Source: Candidatus Micrarchaeota archaeon (GTDB taxonomy: Archaea > Micrarchaeota > Micrarchaeia > Anstonellales > Bilamarchaeaceae). From it: a stretch of DNA of 64,000 bases. Position 1 is the first letter of the stretch. Every line of letters starts with the position of its first letter. The notes under the pieces are model-generated. The model was not told where the DNA came from. It worked only from the letters and a program-made list of their open reading frames with translations, and ran no database searches. Shown one piece after another: positions 47,327-56,697 of this stretch. The translations under genes were made by a program, and so were the position numbers. The stretch lies in contig JBDRLQ010000003.1 of the NCBI GenBank assembly GCA_043812915.1, forward strand, positions 192,102-256,101. The letters run 5' to 3'.

Positions 47327-48304
47327 CTAACCCAGAACTTCCTTCATGCGGTCAATCCTGTAATTGGTGATGTGCATCCATGATCCGACCGGCCTGGCGC
47401 CGAACTTTTTGAACTGTACCTCTCCGGCATACGCAATCATGGCTCCGTTGTCCCGGTTGTACTCGTCAGGGGCAACCCCGAACTTCACGCCATCCTCCCT
47501 GCACATCGTGCGCAGCATGGACTGCAGCCTGCGGTTCTGCGCGACCCCCCCGCAGACGATGAAGCTCTTCTTCTTTGTCAGGAAAAGCGCCCTTTCGGCG
47601 ACCTCACAGGTCATGGCGAATGCCGTCTCCATAAGCGAGAATGCCAGGTCTTTTTTGCTGGCGGCCTTCTCATTGGCAAGCCTCTCGGCATGCGTCATCA
47701 GGCCGGAAAAGACCAGGTTCATCCCCTTGACCGTATAAGGCAGCTCAACATACCGCCCGCCCGTTGCCAGTTTCTCGAGCTCAGAGCCGTGCGCGTGCTT
47801 CATCCCGATGCTCCTTGCGAAGGTGTCGAACACGTTTCCCATGCCTACATCAAGTGTCTCCCCAAGGACCTTGTAGAAATCCCCGTCCGGAGCAAGAATC
47901 TGGCTGTTTCCCCCAGAGAGGTAGAGTATGAGCGGGCTTTTCATGCCTGTCAGATGCTCACTGATTTTCACGTGCGCGTAGCAGTGGTTCACGCCGATTA
48001 TCTTCTTTCCGTAGCGCGCTGCCAGGTATTTTGCGGCAGCTGTCCCGACCGCCAGCGGGGAGCCGATTCCAGGCCCCTGCGAGAATGCGATTAAATCAAC
48101 ATCATCCATGCCCGTCCCCGCCTTCTCCAGGCTCTCCCTGAGCACCTTTGAGAAAACGTTTGAGTGGTGATCCGCAAGCTCCCTGGGAATCATGCCATCC
48201 TTGCCGACCCGGAACATGTCGATTACGTTGGAGAGCACCTCCCCGTTTTTCGTAATCCCTATGGAAAGAGTGTGGGCGGTGCTCTCTATGCCAAGGGTCA
48301 TCAT
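47327..48304 (-). CDS. kae1: KEOPS t6A synthase Kae1
   Basis: GIESTAHT, FSQGPG, VNHCYAH, SGGNSQ, GETLD, GGVAQN, DNGAMIA. Confidence 0.97.
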   Translation of the reverse strand: MMTLGIESTAHTLSIGITKNGEVLSNVIDMFRVGKDGMIPRELADHHSNVFSKVLRESLEKAGTGMDDVDLIAFSQGPGIGSPLAVGTAAAKYLAARYGKKIIGVNHCYAHVKISEHLTGMKSPLILYLSGGNSQILAPDGDFYKVLGETLDVGMGNVFDTFARSIGMKHAHGSELEKLATGGRYVELPYTVKGMNLVFSGLMTHAERLANEKAASKKDLAFSLMETAFAMTCEVAERALFLTKKKSFIVCGGVAQNRRLQSMLRTMCREDGVKFGVAPDEYNRDNGAMIAYAGEVQFKKFGARPVGSWMHITNYRIDRMKEVLG

Positions 48305-48903
48305 GCGGCCATCACCATAATCGCGAGAATTGACAAAAGATTGTAAGCAAAATGCACTGCCATGCATGGGATTACGCTCTTGGAGGCTCTGTAGAGCAGG
48401 CCGAACAATATCCCGACAACAAGGGCGCCAGCAATCTCCATGGCTGAGCCGTAGCTAAGATGCGATACCGCAAACGCTATTGCGGCCGGGGCTATCCCTA
48501 TCCTTGGGACCAGGAATGCCCGGAACAGGAGTTCCTCGCTGATTGGCGCGATGATTATCGCCAGAAGCGGGACATAGAATGGAAGCCCGCGTATTATCTT
48601 TCCTACTTCTGCGCTGTCGTTCTCGAGCCCGATGATCGGGGCAAGCACGAACAGCCCGATCAGCATGCAGACAAGCCCTACGAAGCCGCCCACAGTGAAA
48701 ATTATGTTGGCCTTGAGGTTTCCCGGGATGCCGATGCCCTCCAGCGTGGTCTTCCAGTCCTTCTTCCACAGGAAGAACATGGCAAGGGAAAACATCCCCA
48801 GGTGCAGTGATGCCGAATAAAGGTAATTTTCCTGGAAAAAGAGAATGAGTGCAAAAAATGAAATGACCGAAAGGCCAAAAAGAAAAGCGAAGAATCTTCT
48901 CAT
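48301..48903 (-). CDS. CPBP (CAAX/Abi) intramembrane metalloprotease
   Basis: APISEELLFRAFL, FAVSH, HFAYN. Confidence 0.92.
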   Translation of the reverse strand: MRRFFAFLFGLSVISFFALILFFQENYLYSASLHLGMFSLAMFFLWKKDWKTTLEGIGIPGNLKANIIFTVGGFVGLVCMLIGLFVLAPIIGLENDSAEVGKIIRGLPFYVPLLAIIIAPISEELLFRAFLVPRIGIAPAAIAFAVSHLSYGSAMEIAGALVVGILFGLLYRASKSVIPCMAVHFAYNLLSILAIMVMAA

Positions 48904-48905
48904 GA

Positions 48906-49079
48906 TTACGACTTCTTTTCGAAATAGCCGCATTTTCCGCAGGCGCGCCTGTTGTTGTGCTCAGCGAGCCTCACTCCTGCGCCGCACTTAGGACAGCTCT
49001 TTCCTGCCTTGAAGGGCACGAGCTTCTTTTCCTTCTTCTTCGGCGCCGGCTTTGCCTTTTCTTTCTTCTTGTCTGCCAT
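48906..49079 (-). CDS. rps27ae: 30S ribosomal protein S27ae (57 aa)
   Basis: Hand translation [57 protein letters not shown]; directly after rps24e. Confidence 0.95.
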   Translation of the reverse strand: MADKKKEKAKPAPKKKEKKLVPFKAGKSCPKCGAGVRLAEHNNRRACGKCGYFEKKS

Positions 49080-49089
49080 GATTATTCAC

Positions 49090-49422
49090 CTACTCCTTTT
49101 TCTCTTCTGCAGGAGCGCCCTCTGCCTTCTCGTCCTTCTTTTCCTGGCCGATGCCCTCCCTCTTTCTCATGTGTTCCGGCTCAACCCTTGCGAGCGTTTC
49201 CTTGTTCTCGTAAACATGCACGACACATGTCACCCTCTTGAGACCGAACTCATTGTTCACTTCCCTGAGCACTGTCAGATCAGGGTTCGCGGCGGCTTTG
49301 CCGCAGATGGCTTCCTTCAGCTCTTTCCGGTTGGGCGTTGCGCCGTCGAAACTTACAATCGCCTTAATCTCCTTCCGTCCAAGGAGCGGGTTGTCACTGG
49401 AATTCTTGATTTCTGTCTCCAT
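49090..49422 (-). CDS. rps24e: 30S ribosomal protein S24e
   Basis: NPLLGRKE, GATPNR, FG, VY, EPEH. Confidence 0.95.
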   Translation of the reverse strand: METEIKNSSDNPLLGRKEIKAIVSFDGATPNRKELKEAICGKAAANPDLTVLREVNNEFGLKRVTCVVHVYENKETLARVEPEHMRKREGIGQEKKDEKAEGAPAEEKKE

Positions 49423-49427
49423 AATCA

Positions 49428-49820
49428 TCACCTAATCCTTTCAATCCTTTTCATTCCCATAGCCTCGAGGATATCGACCTCCTTTCCGGAGTCCGCATCC
49501 CCCTTCATCTCCTCTGGGATCTCAACATCGAACATTTCGTTTGTCTTGGTGTCCATCACCTGCGCACTGTTGCCGCTCACCGACATTATGAGCGCAGTTT
49601 TCCTCTCTATGATGGGGACTTCGACATCCGCGTCTCCCGGGGTGAGGAGCGTCTTCTTCTGACCGTTGAATATTCCGATTGCCGTAATCCTCATCTTCGC
49701 AGACCCGTGCTTTCCGGGCTTGGAAGATTCAATCTGGACTATGCGGCAGGGAATGTCGTCAACGAGTACATATTTTCCTTCTTTGAGTTCTTTTGCTACT
49801 GCAAAAACTTTCTCGACCAT
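49428..49820 (-). CDS. eif5a: Translation factor aIF5A/eIF5A
   Basis: Hypusination loop SKPGKHGSAK. Confidence 0.97.
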   Translation of the reverse strand: MVEKVFAVAKELKEGKYVLVDDIPCRIVQIESSKPGKHGSAKMRITAIGIFNGQKKTLLTPGDADVEVPIIERKTALIMSVSGNSAQVMDTKTNEMFDVEIPEEMKGDADSGKEVDILEAMGMKRIERIR

Positions 49821-49902
49821 ATTATACACCCATTAGAGCATAAGCTATAATTCGCCGTATTCGGGAAAATAATTAAAACCTTAGGTTTTTTAAATGTGGA
49901 TT

Positions 49903-50622
49903 ATGCGTTTAGTCGATTCTCACTGCCATCTGGTGAACATGAAGAAGGGCTATAAGCCTACTGAAGGCGTCCTACCTGTCACGGTGGGCTATTCCCACAG
50001 CACGAATGTCAAGACCGTTGCCATTGCAAAAGAGCTTGGAATTCCCTTCGTCCTTGGAATCGCCCCCCAGACTGCGATGAAATCCGGCCTGGGGAGCCTC
50101 GACGAATGGGTGGACTTCATCAGGAAGAACCCGCCCAATGCTGTCGGCGAAATCGGCCTGGACTACCACTGGGCGGAGAACGAGCAGCACATCGAGAATG
50201 AGAAGGCGGTCTTCCGGAGGATGCTCTCGCTTGCCGATGAGCTTCAGAAGCCGGTGGTAATCCACGCCAGGAAGGCGACGCACGATGTGCTCGACTTCCT
50301 GCAGCTAAGGCAGGAGGAGAAGCCGTTCATGATGCACTTCTTCTCCGGCACTCTTGCCGAAGCGCAGAGGGCAGTTGGGATGGGGGGGCTCATCTCGATT
50401 ACCCCGCTCCACTCCAAGAGCAGAAGAACTATTATAAAATCTCTTGACCTTGAACATATGGTCGTAGAGACCGATGCCCCGTACGTCGGCAGGACTCCGG
50501 AAGCAGTGAAGGATGCCGTTGATTACATCTGTGAGGTAAAATCCCTCGATTTTGACATTGTTGCAAAGAAGACGGCTGAGAACTCCCTGAGGTTCTTCGG
50601 CGTAAAGGGCCCCAGGAGGTAG
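49903..50622 (+). CDS. tatD: TatD-family hydrolase
   Basis: DSHCHL, GEIGLDY, IHAR, HFFSG, ETDAPY. Confidence 0.94.
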   Translation: MRLVDSHCHLVNMKKGYKPTEGVLPVTVGYSHSTNVKTVAIAKELGIPFVLGIAPQTAMKSGLGSLDEWVDFIRKNPPNAVGEIGLDYHWAENEQHIENEKAVFRRMLSLADELQKPVVIHARKATHDVLDFLQLRQEEKPFMMHFFSGTLAEAQRAVGMGGLISITPLHSKSRRTIIKSLDLEHMVVETDAPYVGRTPEAVKDAVDYICEVKSLDFDIVAKKTAENSLRFFGVKGPRR

Positions 50623-50626
50623 TTGC

Positions 50627-51109
50627 ATGTTTGGACTTTTCAAAGGGCTCCTGAAGAAAAGCAGGCCCGATATAGCGATGCTTGTCGATGGACCCAATAT
50701 CATCAGGAAGGACTTTTCAGTCGACCTTGTCCAGATAAAGAAGGAAATCCGGAAATACGGCAACATAAGGGTCTCCAAAATCTATCTTGACCAGTATGCC
50801 TCAGACAAGCTCATAGAGGCCATGATTAACCAGGGCTTCGATACTGAGATTACCACCGGCGATGTTGATGTCACCATGGCGATCGAGGCGATGGAATACG
50901 CCCTTGACCCGAACATTGATATCATCGCACTGATGACCCGCGATACAGACTACCGGCCGGTCCTTGTCAAGGCTAAGGCGAGGGGGAAGGGCACCATGAT
51001 TATCGGGACGGAATTCGGCTTCAGCGCGGCACTTCGCAACACCGCTGACAAGGTGCTGATATTCGGCAGGGGCAAGAAAGTGAGGCACATGGACAACGAG
51101 GCCGACTGA
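50627..51109 (+). CDS. NYN-domain (PIN-like) protein
   Basis: VDGPN, GDVDV, TRDTDY.P, FSAAL. Confidence 0.9.
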   Translation: MFGLFKGLLKKSRPDIAMLVDGPNIIRKDFSVDLVQIKKEIRKYGNIRVSKIYLDQYASDKLIEAMINQGFDTEITTGDVDVTMAIEAMEYALDPNIDIIALMTRDTDYRPVLVKAKARGKGTMIIGTEFGFSAALRNTADKVLIFGRGKKVRHMDNEAD

Positions 51110-51181
51110 GCAACATGTTTTAATTATCTTCGCAAAATGAAGTAGATGCTTTTTAGTTTGTTTTTTGAGGTGAAATAAAAA

Positions 51182-51406
51182 ATGGCAGAAAGAAGACCCT
51201 TTGATGTCTTGAACGGTTCTTTGAACAACACCGTTATTATTGGAATGAAAGGCGGATATGAATTTAGGGGCGTGATGGTCGCATATGATGTGCACATGAA
51301 CCTCGTGCTTGAGAAGGCCGAGCAGATTGTGAACGGCGAAGTCAAGCGCGGCGTGGGCACAGTGCTCGTGCGCGGGGACTCCGTAACGTTTATCTCTCCT
51401 TCATAG
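51182..51406 (+). CDS. Sm/Lsm-like RNA-binding protein (SmAP1)
   Basis: RPFDVL, YDVHMNLVL, VRGD, ISP. Confidence 0.95.
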   Translation: MAERRPFDVLNGSLNNTVIIGMKGGYEFRGVMVAYDVHMNLVLEKAEQIVNGEVKRGVGTVLVRGDSVTFISPS

Positions 51407-51491
51407 ATTTTCTGATTAATTAGAAATCAGGTCCTTTGCGGGACCCTCCTTTTTCCTTTTCAACTGGCCCAGCGTAAGCCTTATAAAAAAG

Positions 51492-51592
51492 TGGACAGAA
51501 GGGGATTTGAACCCCCGGCCTCCTCCATATCGGAAGCTCATGAATACGAGCTTTTGCCAAGGAGGCGATCTACCGGACTGATCTACCTGCCC
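51492..51592 (-). tRNA. tRNA-Ala(GGC) with canonical 27-nt intron 37/38 (51528-51554)
   Basis: GGGCAGG/TCTGTCC with G3:U70; CCTCC-TTGGCA^T-GGAGG; BHB TTGG/CCGA. Confidence 0.94.
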
Positions 51593-51623
51593 AAAAAAGG
51601 TGTTGCTTACTTTAGAGATATGA

Positions 51624-52982
51624 TTATTTAAACTTTGTCCAATCCCCCCTTTCTTCTTCCTTTTCCTCCTCTTCCCCATCCTTGGATTCCTCTTCCTGCT
51701 CTTCTTCGCCCCCCTCGCCCCCAGGAGTCCCTCTTATGACAATCCGGTCTAATGCCTTCTTTTTCTTCTCTTCCTTGTGCTTCTCCCCTTCCTTAGGCGC
51801 CAGCTTCCGGAACAAGGCCTGTGCCTGCTCGCTTATCGCCTTGGGGATATTGCTGGAAGTAGCGACGAATTTCAAAGCCGCCAGGTTTTTCGTGCTCTCA
51901 AGTGTACTGAATACCATTTCGCTTTTTGCAGTGATTACATTCAGCGCCTTCTTTGTCATGTCCGTCACATTGAGCATGGGCGTCTTCATAAGCGCCTCAG
52001 CAACCAGGTCGTAGTTGCTAATGAACTCTATTGCCGCGGCAACCGCGACAATGCCCTGCTTGTTGCCAAGCCTCCCGAAAAGGTCCTGCGCTTCCTTGGA
52101 GGAATACTCCTGCACTTTCACGGGTATCGCAACCACTTCTGAGACCTCCCTGTGCTTCTTTGCGCCTTCAATCTTCTGTACAATGAGCTTGGCTTTCTCC
52201 CGCACCTCTATGGGGGCTGCGAAGAAGCTGGAGAGGAAGCTGAGTGCAGTCACATTCTGCGCCATCTCCAGCTGCTGGATGACTATTGGCCCTCGCCTCT
52301 TGAGCACCTCTGCAACCGCCTTGTTCACTTCGGTTACTGTGAGATTCGGGGTATTGTTGACGGCATTCGCATATCCCTGGTAGTTTGATAGGAACTCAAT
52401 AGTGGCCTTGACCGCCTTGGCTGTTGCCGGCGCTTTGACTGCCAGGAGCAGGCCATGCAGTTCAATCGCGCTCACCGGCTGTATGCTGATGCTTCTTTCC
52501 ACGCTGGCTCCTTTTGCCTCCTTTGCCTTTCCCTGCTGCGCGGCGAAATTCGCATCCATATTCGTCAGCAGTGTCTTTGCCTGCTCCTGTATCTCTATCG
52601 GGATGGCCTTGGATTTTGCCAGGAAGTCCAGCTCCTTCTTGCGGCCCTCCCCAACAAGCTTCTCGAAGAACATCTGCCTGTCCTTGATTATGTCCTCAAT
52701 CACCTTCTCAAGGACCTCGGTCTTGGTAAGGTCCGGGGTTGCGTTTATGGCAATGGTGATGGCATCATAATTGGTGATGAATTCGACAGACGCTTCCACT
52801 TCCCTCCGGGGCTCGCCGCTGCGAAGGTCGGCTACCAGATGCTTCAGCCTGTCCTGGGGGTACATCTTCGTTTCCGTCGCCTGATGGGGGTTTCTCATGA
52901 TTTTCAGCTCCCCCATCTTGATTCGCATGCTGTCGGCCGGGCTACTATCGCTCTTGGCGATTCTTCTCCTTCCTTTGGCCAT
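51624..52982 (-). CDS. Orphan protein with three ~100-aa helical repeats and acidic tail
   Basis: Three copies of EF..NY...A...TP.L..T(E/D)...L.F......P..(I/V).E.A. Confidence 0.85.
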   Translation of the reverse strand: MAKGRRRIAKSDSSPADSMRIKMGELKIMRNPHQATETKMYPQDRLKHLVADLRSGEPRREVEASVEFITNYDAITIAINATPDLTKTEVLEKVIEDIIKDRQMFFEKLVGEGRKKELDFLAKSKAIPIEIQEQAKTLLTNMDANFAAQQGKAKEAKGASVERSISIQPVSAIELHGLLLAVKAPATAKAVKATIEFLSNYQGYANAVNNTPNLTVTEVNKAVAEVLKRRGPIVIQQLEMAQNVTALSFLSSFFAAPIEVREKAKLIVQKIEGAKKHREVSEVVAIPVKVQEYSSKEAQDLFGRLGNKQGIVAVAAAIEFISNYDLVAEALMKTPMLNVTDMTKKALNVITAKSEMVFSTLESTKNLAALKFVATSSNIPKAISEQAQALFRKLAPKEGEKHKEEKKKKALDRIVIRGTPGGEGGEEEQEEESKDGEEEEKEEERGDWTKFK

Positions 52983-53010
52983 GGTGCTATTCTGGGAATA
53001 AAGGATTTAT

Positions 53011-53939
53011 ATGTGCGCTTCCAATTCCGGCTTAATAGCAGGAAAGCCCGCTGTGAAGCCATACATGTTTGCATTGTTGGCAGTGCTGTTCTGGTCCACA
53101 ACCGCGGCGGTCGCGAAACTGCTGCTTTCGACAATGGTTGTCATCCAGGTGCTGCTCTTCACGTCCCTCTTTGCCACCATCACCCTTTTTGCGGTCGCCC
53201 TGCTCCAGAACAAAACTAAAATCATCAGGAAATACGCGGCGAAGGATTTCCTGCGCTTTGCGTACATGGGATTCATTGGAATCTTCCTGTATTACGTGTT
53301 CCTGTATGCGGGCCTTGCCACGGCTCCGGCCCAAGAGGCCTTCGTAGTGAATTACACCTGGCCGATATGGGTGGTGATATTCGCAATCCCGCTTCTGCAT
53401 GAGGGTTTGTGCCCAGAGAAAATCATGGGGACCGTGCTCGGCTTTACCGGAGTCGCCTACGTTGTCATAAAAGGCGATGTTTTGGGCTTTTCCATACTCA
53501 GTTCGGAGGGCGGCATGTTCGCGATTGCAGGCGCCGTGTGCTGTGGCCTTTTCTCGGTCCTAGGAAAGAAGCAGGATTATGACCGCATAACCCCCCATGG
53601 CTCTACTGCGGCTTCTGCTTTCTGTTCACTCTCATCACAGTTCTGTCCCTTTCTGAAATCCTCCAACTGGCCCCCGGAGAAATCGCCGGCCTTTTGTGGA
53701 TAGGAATTTTCTCTAGCGGAATCGGGTACCTCTGCCGGTTCCTCGCGCTTAAGGATGGGGATACTGCGAAGATGTCGAACATAGCCTTCCTCACCCCCGT
53801 TTTGTCCATGATTCCCATCCTCCTGCTTCTTGGAGGGATACTGCCCCCATCCGTAATCGGGCTGGCGCTAATAATCGCCGGGATAATCATCCAGTCTGCC
53901 AGGGCCCGGGCGACAATCAGTGAGCAGGCGAAGTGCTGA
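53011..53939 (+). pseudogene. EamA/DMT transporter, frameshifted at C6 53591-53596
   Basis: First EamA repeat (NYTWP) in one frame, second (LLWIGIFSSG, FLTPVLS) in another; adding one C rejoins them. Confidence 0.8.
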
Positions 53940-54037
53940 ACCTCGACTAAGAATATAAACATTGTCCTATCTATCCTCTCCAGCCAGAGTCTGGGACACT
54001 AGCCGGAAAAAGCAGAGATACTGAAGGAGCGAGTCAT

Positions 54038-55315
54038 ATGATGGCATTGGAAAACTTTTTTCTACTGGTCGGAGCGGTCATTCTCATAGGGTTCATTGGA
54101 AATCTTATCCGGCAGAGGACAAACATCCCTGATTCGCTTTTCCTGATACTTTTCGGGCTTATCCTAGGGCCGGCGACCGGGCTTGTCCCCGGAGAGGCAT
54201 TACTTGAATTCGTTCCAATAGTGTCTGTCGCCGCCATGGTCACAATCCTTGTGGAATCCGGAATCGGCTTTGACATCTTCAGGATAATGGGCTCTTTTGG
54301 CAAGGCGGCGCTGCAAACAATACTAATAGCAATAACCACCACCGCCCTAATCACGGCATTCCTCACTTTTTACTATGGCTGGGACCCTGCCCATGCGGCG
54401 CTCCTTGGGCTAATCAGCAGCGGCACAACCACAATCACGGCAATGTCGCTTTTCGGATCTTTGAATGTGCCCAACAAAATCCGAAGGCTGGTTTTCCTCG
54501 AGACGATAATGAATGACTTCACGCTCATCTTGGGGACATTCATAATTGTCGAGTCCATCAAGTTCAGCAGCTTCAGCCTCGAGTTTGCAGCAAGGACGAT
54601 ATTCTCAGAGCTATCCGTCGGGGTCCTCATCGGCCTTATTGTTGCCCTGGCCTGGAGATACGTCCTTGAGCATATCAACCTTGAGCGCAAGCTCAACTAT
54701 GCCTCCACAATCGGGGTATGCTTCGTCCTCTACTATGTGGCAGCGCTGCTTGGGGGCAATTCCATCGTTTCAATCTTCGCATTCAGTCTGTTTCTGGGCA
54801 ATTACTACAAGATATATGACTTCATCAGCCCGAAGAACGCGGAGATGAGCGATTTCCAGTCCGTGCTGCGCTCAATCCGCTCTGTCCAGACGGACTTTTC
54901 TTTCTTCATGAAATCATTCTTTTTCGTGCTTTTGGGAGTGACCTTCAATCCGGCCCTTCTTGGTGTAATCCCGGTTGTGCTGATAGGCGGCCTGGTAATG
55001 CTGATTATCGTCTCCAGGTTCCTGGCAACGAGCGTCCTTGGCGCAATGGACAAGGAAATCGCCAAATACCGCACGCTGATTTCCATCATGATTCCCAGAG
55101 GCTACGTCGCAGCGGTGCTGGCATTCGTCCCTGCCCAGGAGGGGGTGGGCGTGCCGATGCTGACAGACATAATCGTGCTCCTGATAATCGTGACCACACT
55201 CATATCAATAGGTGGAGTGATGATATATGCGCGCGTCACGAAGAATAATGGCGGCAATGGAAATCCAAAGAAGATTGGCAATGACAATGCCAAGAAGAAC
55301 GGCAAGATGAAATGA
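54038..55315 (+). CDS. Cation:proton antiporter (CPA1/NhaP-like)
   Basis: IPD, GLILGP, LETIMND, FFFVLLG, PRGYVAAVL; ~12 TMs. Confidence 0.92.
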   Translation: MMALENFFLLVGAVILIGFIGNLIRQRTNIPDSLFLILFGLILGPATGLVPGEALLEFVPIVSVAAMVTILVESGIGFDIFRIMGSFGKAALQTILIAITTTALITAFLTFYYGWDPAHAALLGLISSGTTTITAMSLFGSLNVPNKIRRLVFLETIMNDFTLILGTFIIVESIKFSSFSLEFAARTIFSELSVGVLIGLIVALAWRYVLEHINLERKLNYASTIGVCFVLYYVAALLGGNSIVSIFAFSLFLGNYYKIYDFISPKNAEMSDFQSVLRSIRSVQTDFSFFMKSFFFVLLGVTFNPALLGVIPVVLIGGLVMLIIVSRFLATSVLGAMDKEIAKYRTLISIMIPRGYVAAVLAFVPAQEGVGVPMLTDIIVLLIIVTTLISIGGVMIYARVTKNNGGNGNPKKIGNDNAKKNGKMK

Positions 55316-55349
55316 AGCCTTTTATTGTTTATCTAAGGAAGTACAAAAC

Positions 55350-56675
55350 ATGACCATCAAACGAACATCAATGCTCGGCCTTGAGAATGAGATGTTTGTG
55401 ATTACTCCGGAAGGAAAGCTGGCCAACGGCGCGGATGACATCCTCAAGACCCTAACCGGCAAGCTCGCCAAATATGTCAAGCCAGAGCTCTCCAAGGGGA
55501 TGATTGAGCTTACAGCCGAGGCGTATCCTAGCATCCGGGACTGCGCGGTTGAATTCACTGAGAATCTGGCGGACCTTGTTGAGGCTGCCGAGAAGGCCGG
55601 ATACCTGCTGCTTCCCCTCGGCGACCACCCCACAAGATTCTTCCCTTCCCTGCAGAGGTCCACCTGGTATGACGCGATAGAGCAGGTAATAGGTACAGAC
55701 GGCGCCAAGAGCGAAGGAAAAATCAGCGGATTCCACTATCATTTTACCCTTCCTGAAGGAATCGTCGGCAGGAAAACCAGCATGATTAAGAGCATAGAGC
55801 GCTCCGAGGCCAGGCAGGTGTTCCTGCAGCAGTATAATTTCATGGTCGCAGCCGACCCGGCTGCGCTCGCCTTCGCCCAATCCTCCCCGATCTGGAACGG
55901 GGTCCATTTCGGAAAAGACTGCCGCGTGCTTGTCTACCGGGACATGAGGGCGCAGCAGGCCGGGCAGACCCTGACCGGGATTCACTATTACCTTCCTGAG
56001 TTCGGGGCACTGCCTGATTATGAATTCACGCTGCAGGACCTGCGGGTGATGGCCGAGCAGAAGAAGACATATTATCTCAAGATTCTGGAGCAGAGCGATT
56101 TCCCGACCAACGAGATTGCGAGCGTCCCCACGCTCAAGTTCATGTGGGGGCCGCTCCGGGTCAACAAGATAGGGACAATGGAATACCGCGGGCCTGACAT
56201 GAACTTCCCGGAGTACCTGTTCTCGCTCTCCAGCCTGTTCAAGTACGCTTTAGAGGCAATCGAGAAGAACGAATACCGGGTGAGGCCTTCGGACATCGGT
56301 ATTTCCGAGCCGTTCGTTCTGGAGGGCAACAAGATTTACGTGCCGCCGCACTCCACTCTCAAGTACCTGGAGAGGCAGAGCGTTGTGCGGGGCCTGGAGA
56401 GCCCCGAAGTCTACAATTACTGCAAGGCGCTATTCGACCTCGTCTGCAAGATATCGAAACATGGCAAGTCCAGGAACTTCAGGAAACTGAGGAAGATGCT
56501 TGATGAGAAGCGGACAATGTCCGATGAGATCCTGGAGATGGTCAAAAAGAACGGCTACAGCCTGGAGGAGGAAATCCCCGAGGATATGCTGAACCATATC
56601 GCGCTCTACTACGCCGACAGGCTCTCGAAAGAGGCCCCCTCGATGCCGAAGTTCTTCTCCAAGTTCAGGGACTAG
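55350..56675 (+). CDS. Glutamate-cysteine ligase family 2 (GCS2/YbdK-like) carboxylate-amine ligase
   Basis: GLENE, PELSKGMIE, GDHP, GFHYH, SSPIWNG, GTMEYRGPD. Confidence 0.85.
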   Translation: MTIKRTSMLGLENEMFVITPEGKLANGADDILKTLTGKLAKYVKPELSKGMIELTAEAYPSIRDCAVEFTENLADLVEAAEKAGYLLLPLGDHPTRFFPSLQRSTWYDAIEQVIGTDGAKSEGKISGFHYHFTLPEGIVGRKTSMIKSIERSEARQVFLQQYNFMVAADPAALAFAQSSPIWNGVHFGKDCRVLVYRDMRAQQAGQTLTGIHYYLPEFGALPDYEFTLQDLRVMAEQKKTYYLKILEQSDFPTNEIASVPTLKFMWGPLRVNKIGTMEYRGPDMNFPEYLFSLSSLFKYALEAIEKNEYRVRPSDIGISEPFVLEGNKIYVPPHSTLKYLERQSVVRGLESPEVYNYCKALFDLVCKISKHGKSRNFRKLRKMLDEKRTMSDEILEMVKKNGYSLEEEIPEDMLNHIALYYADRLSKEAPSMPKFFSKFRD

Positions 56676-56697
56676 TTTTTTTGAAAAGGGAAAAAAA

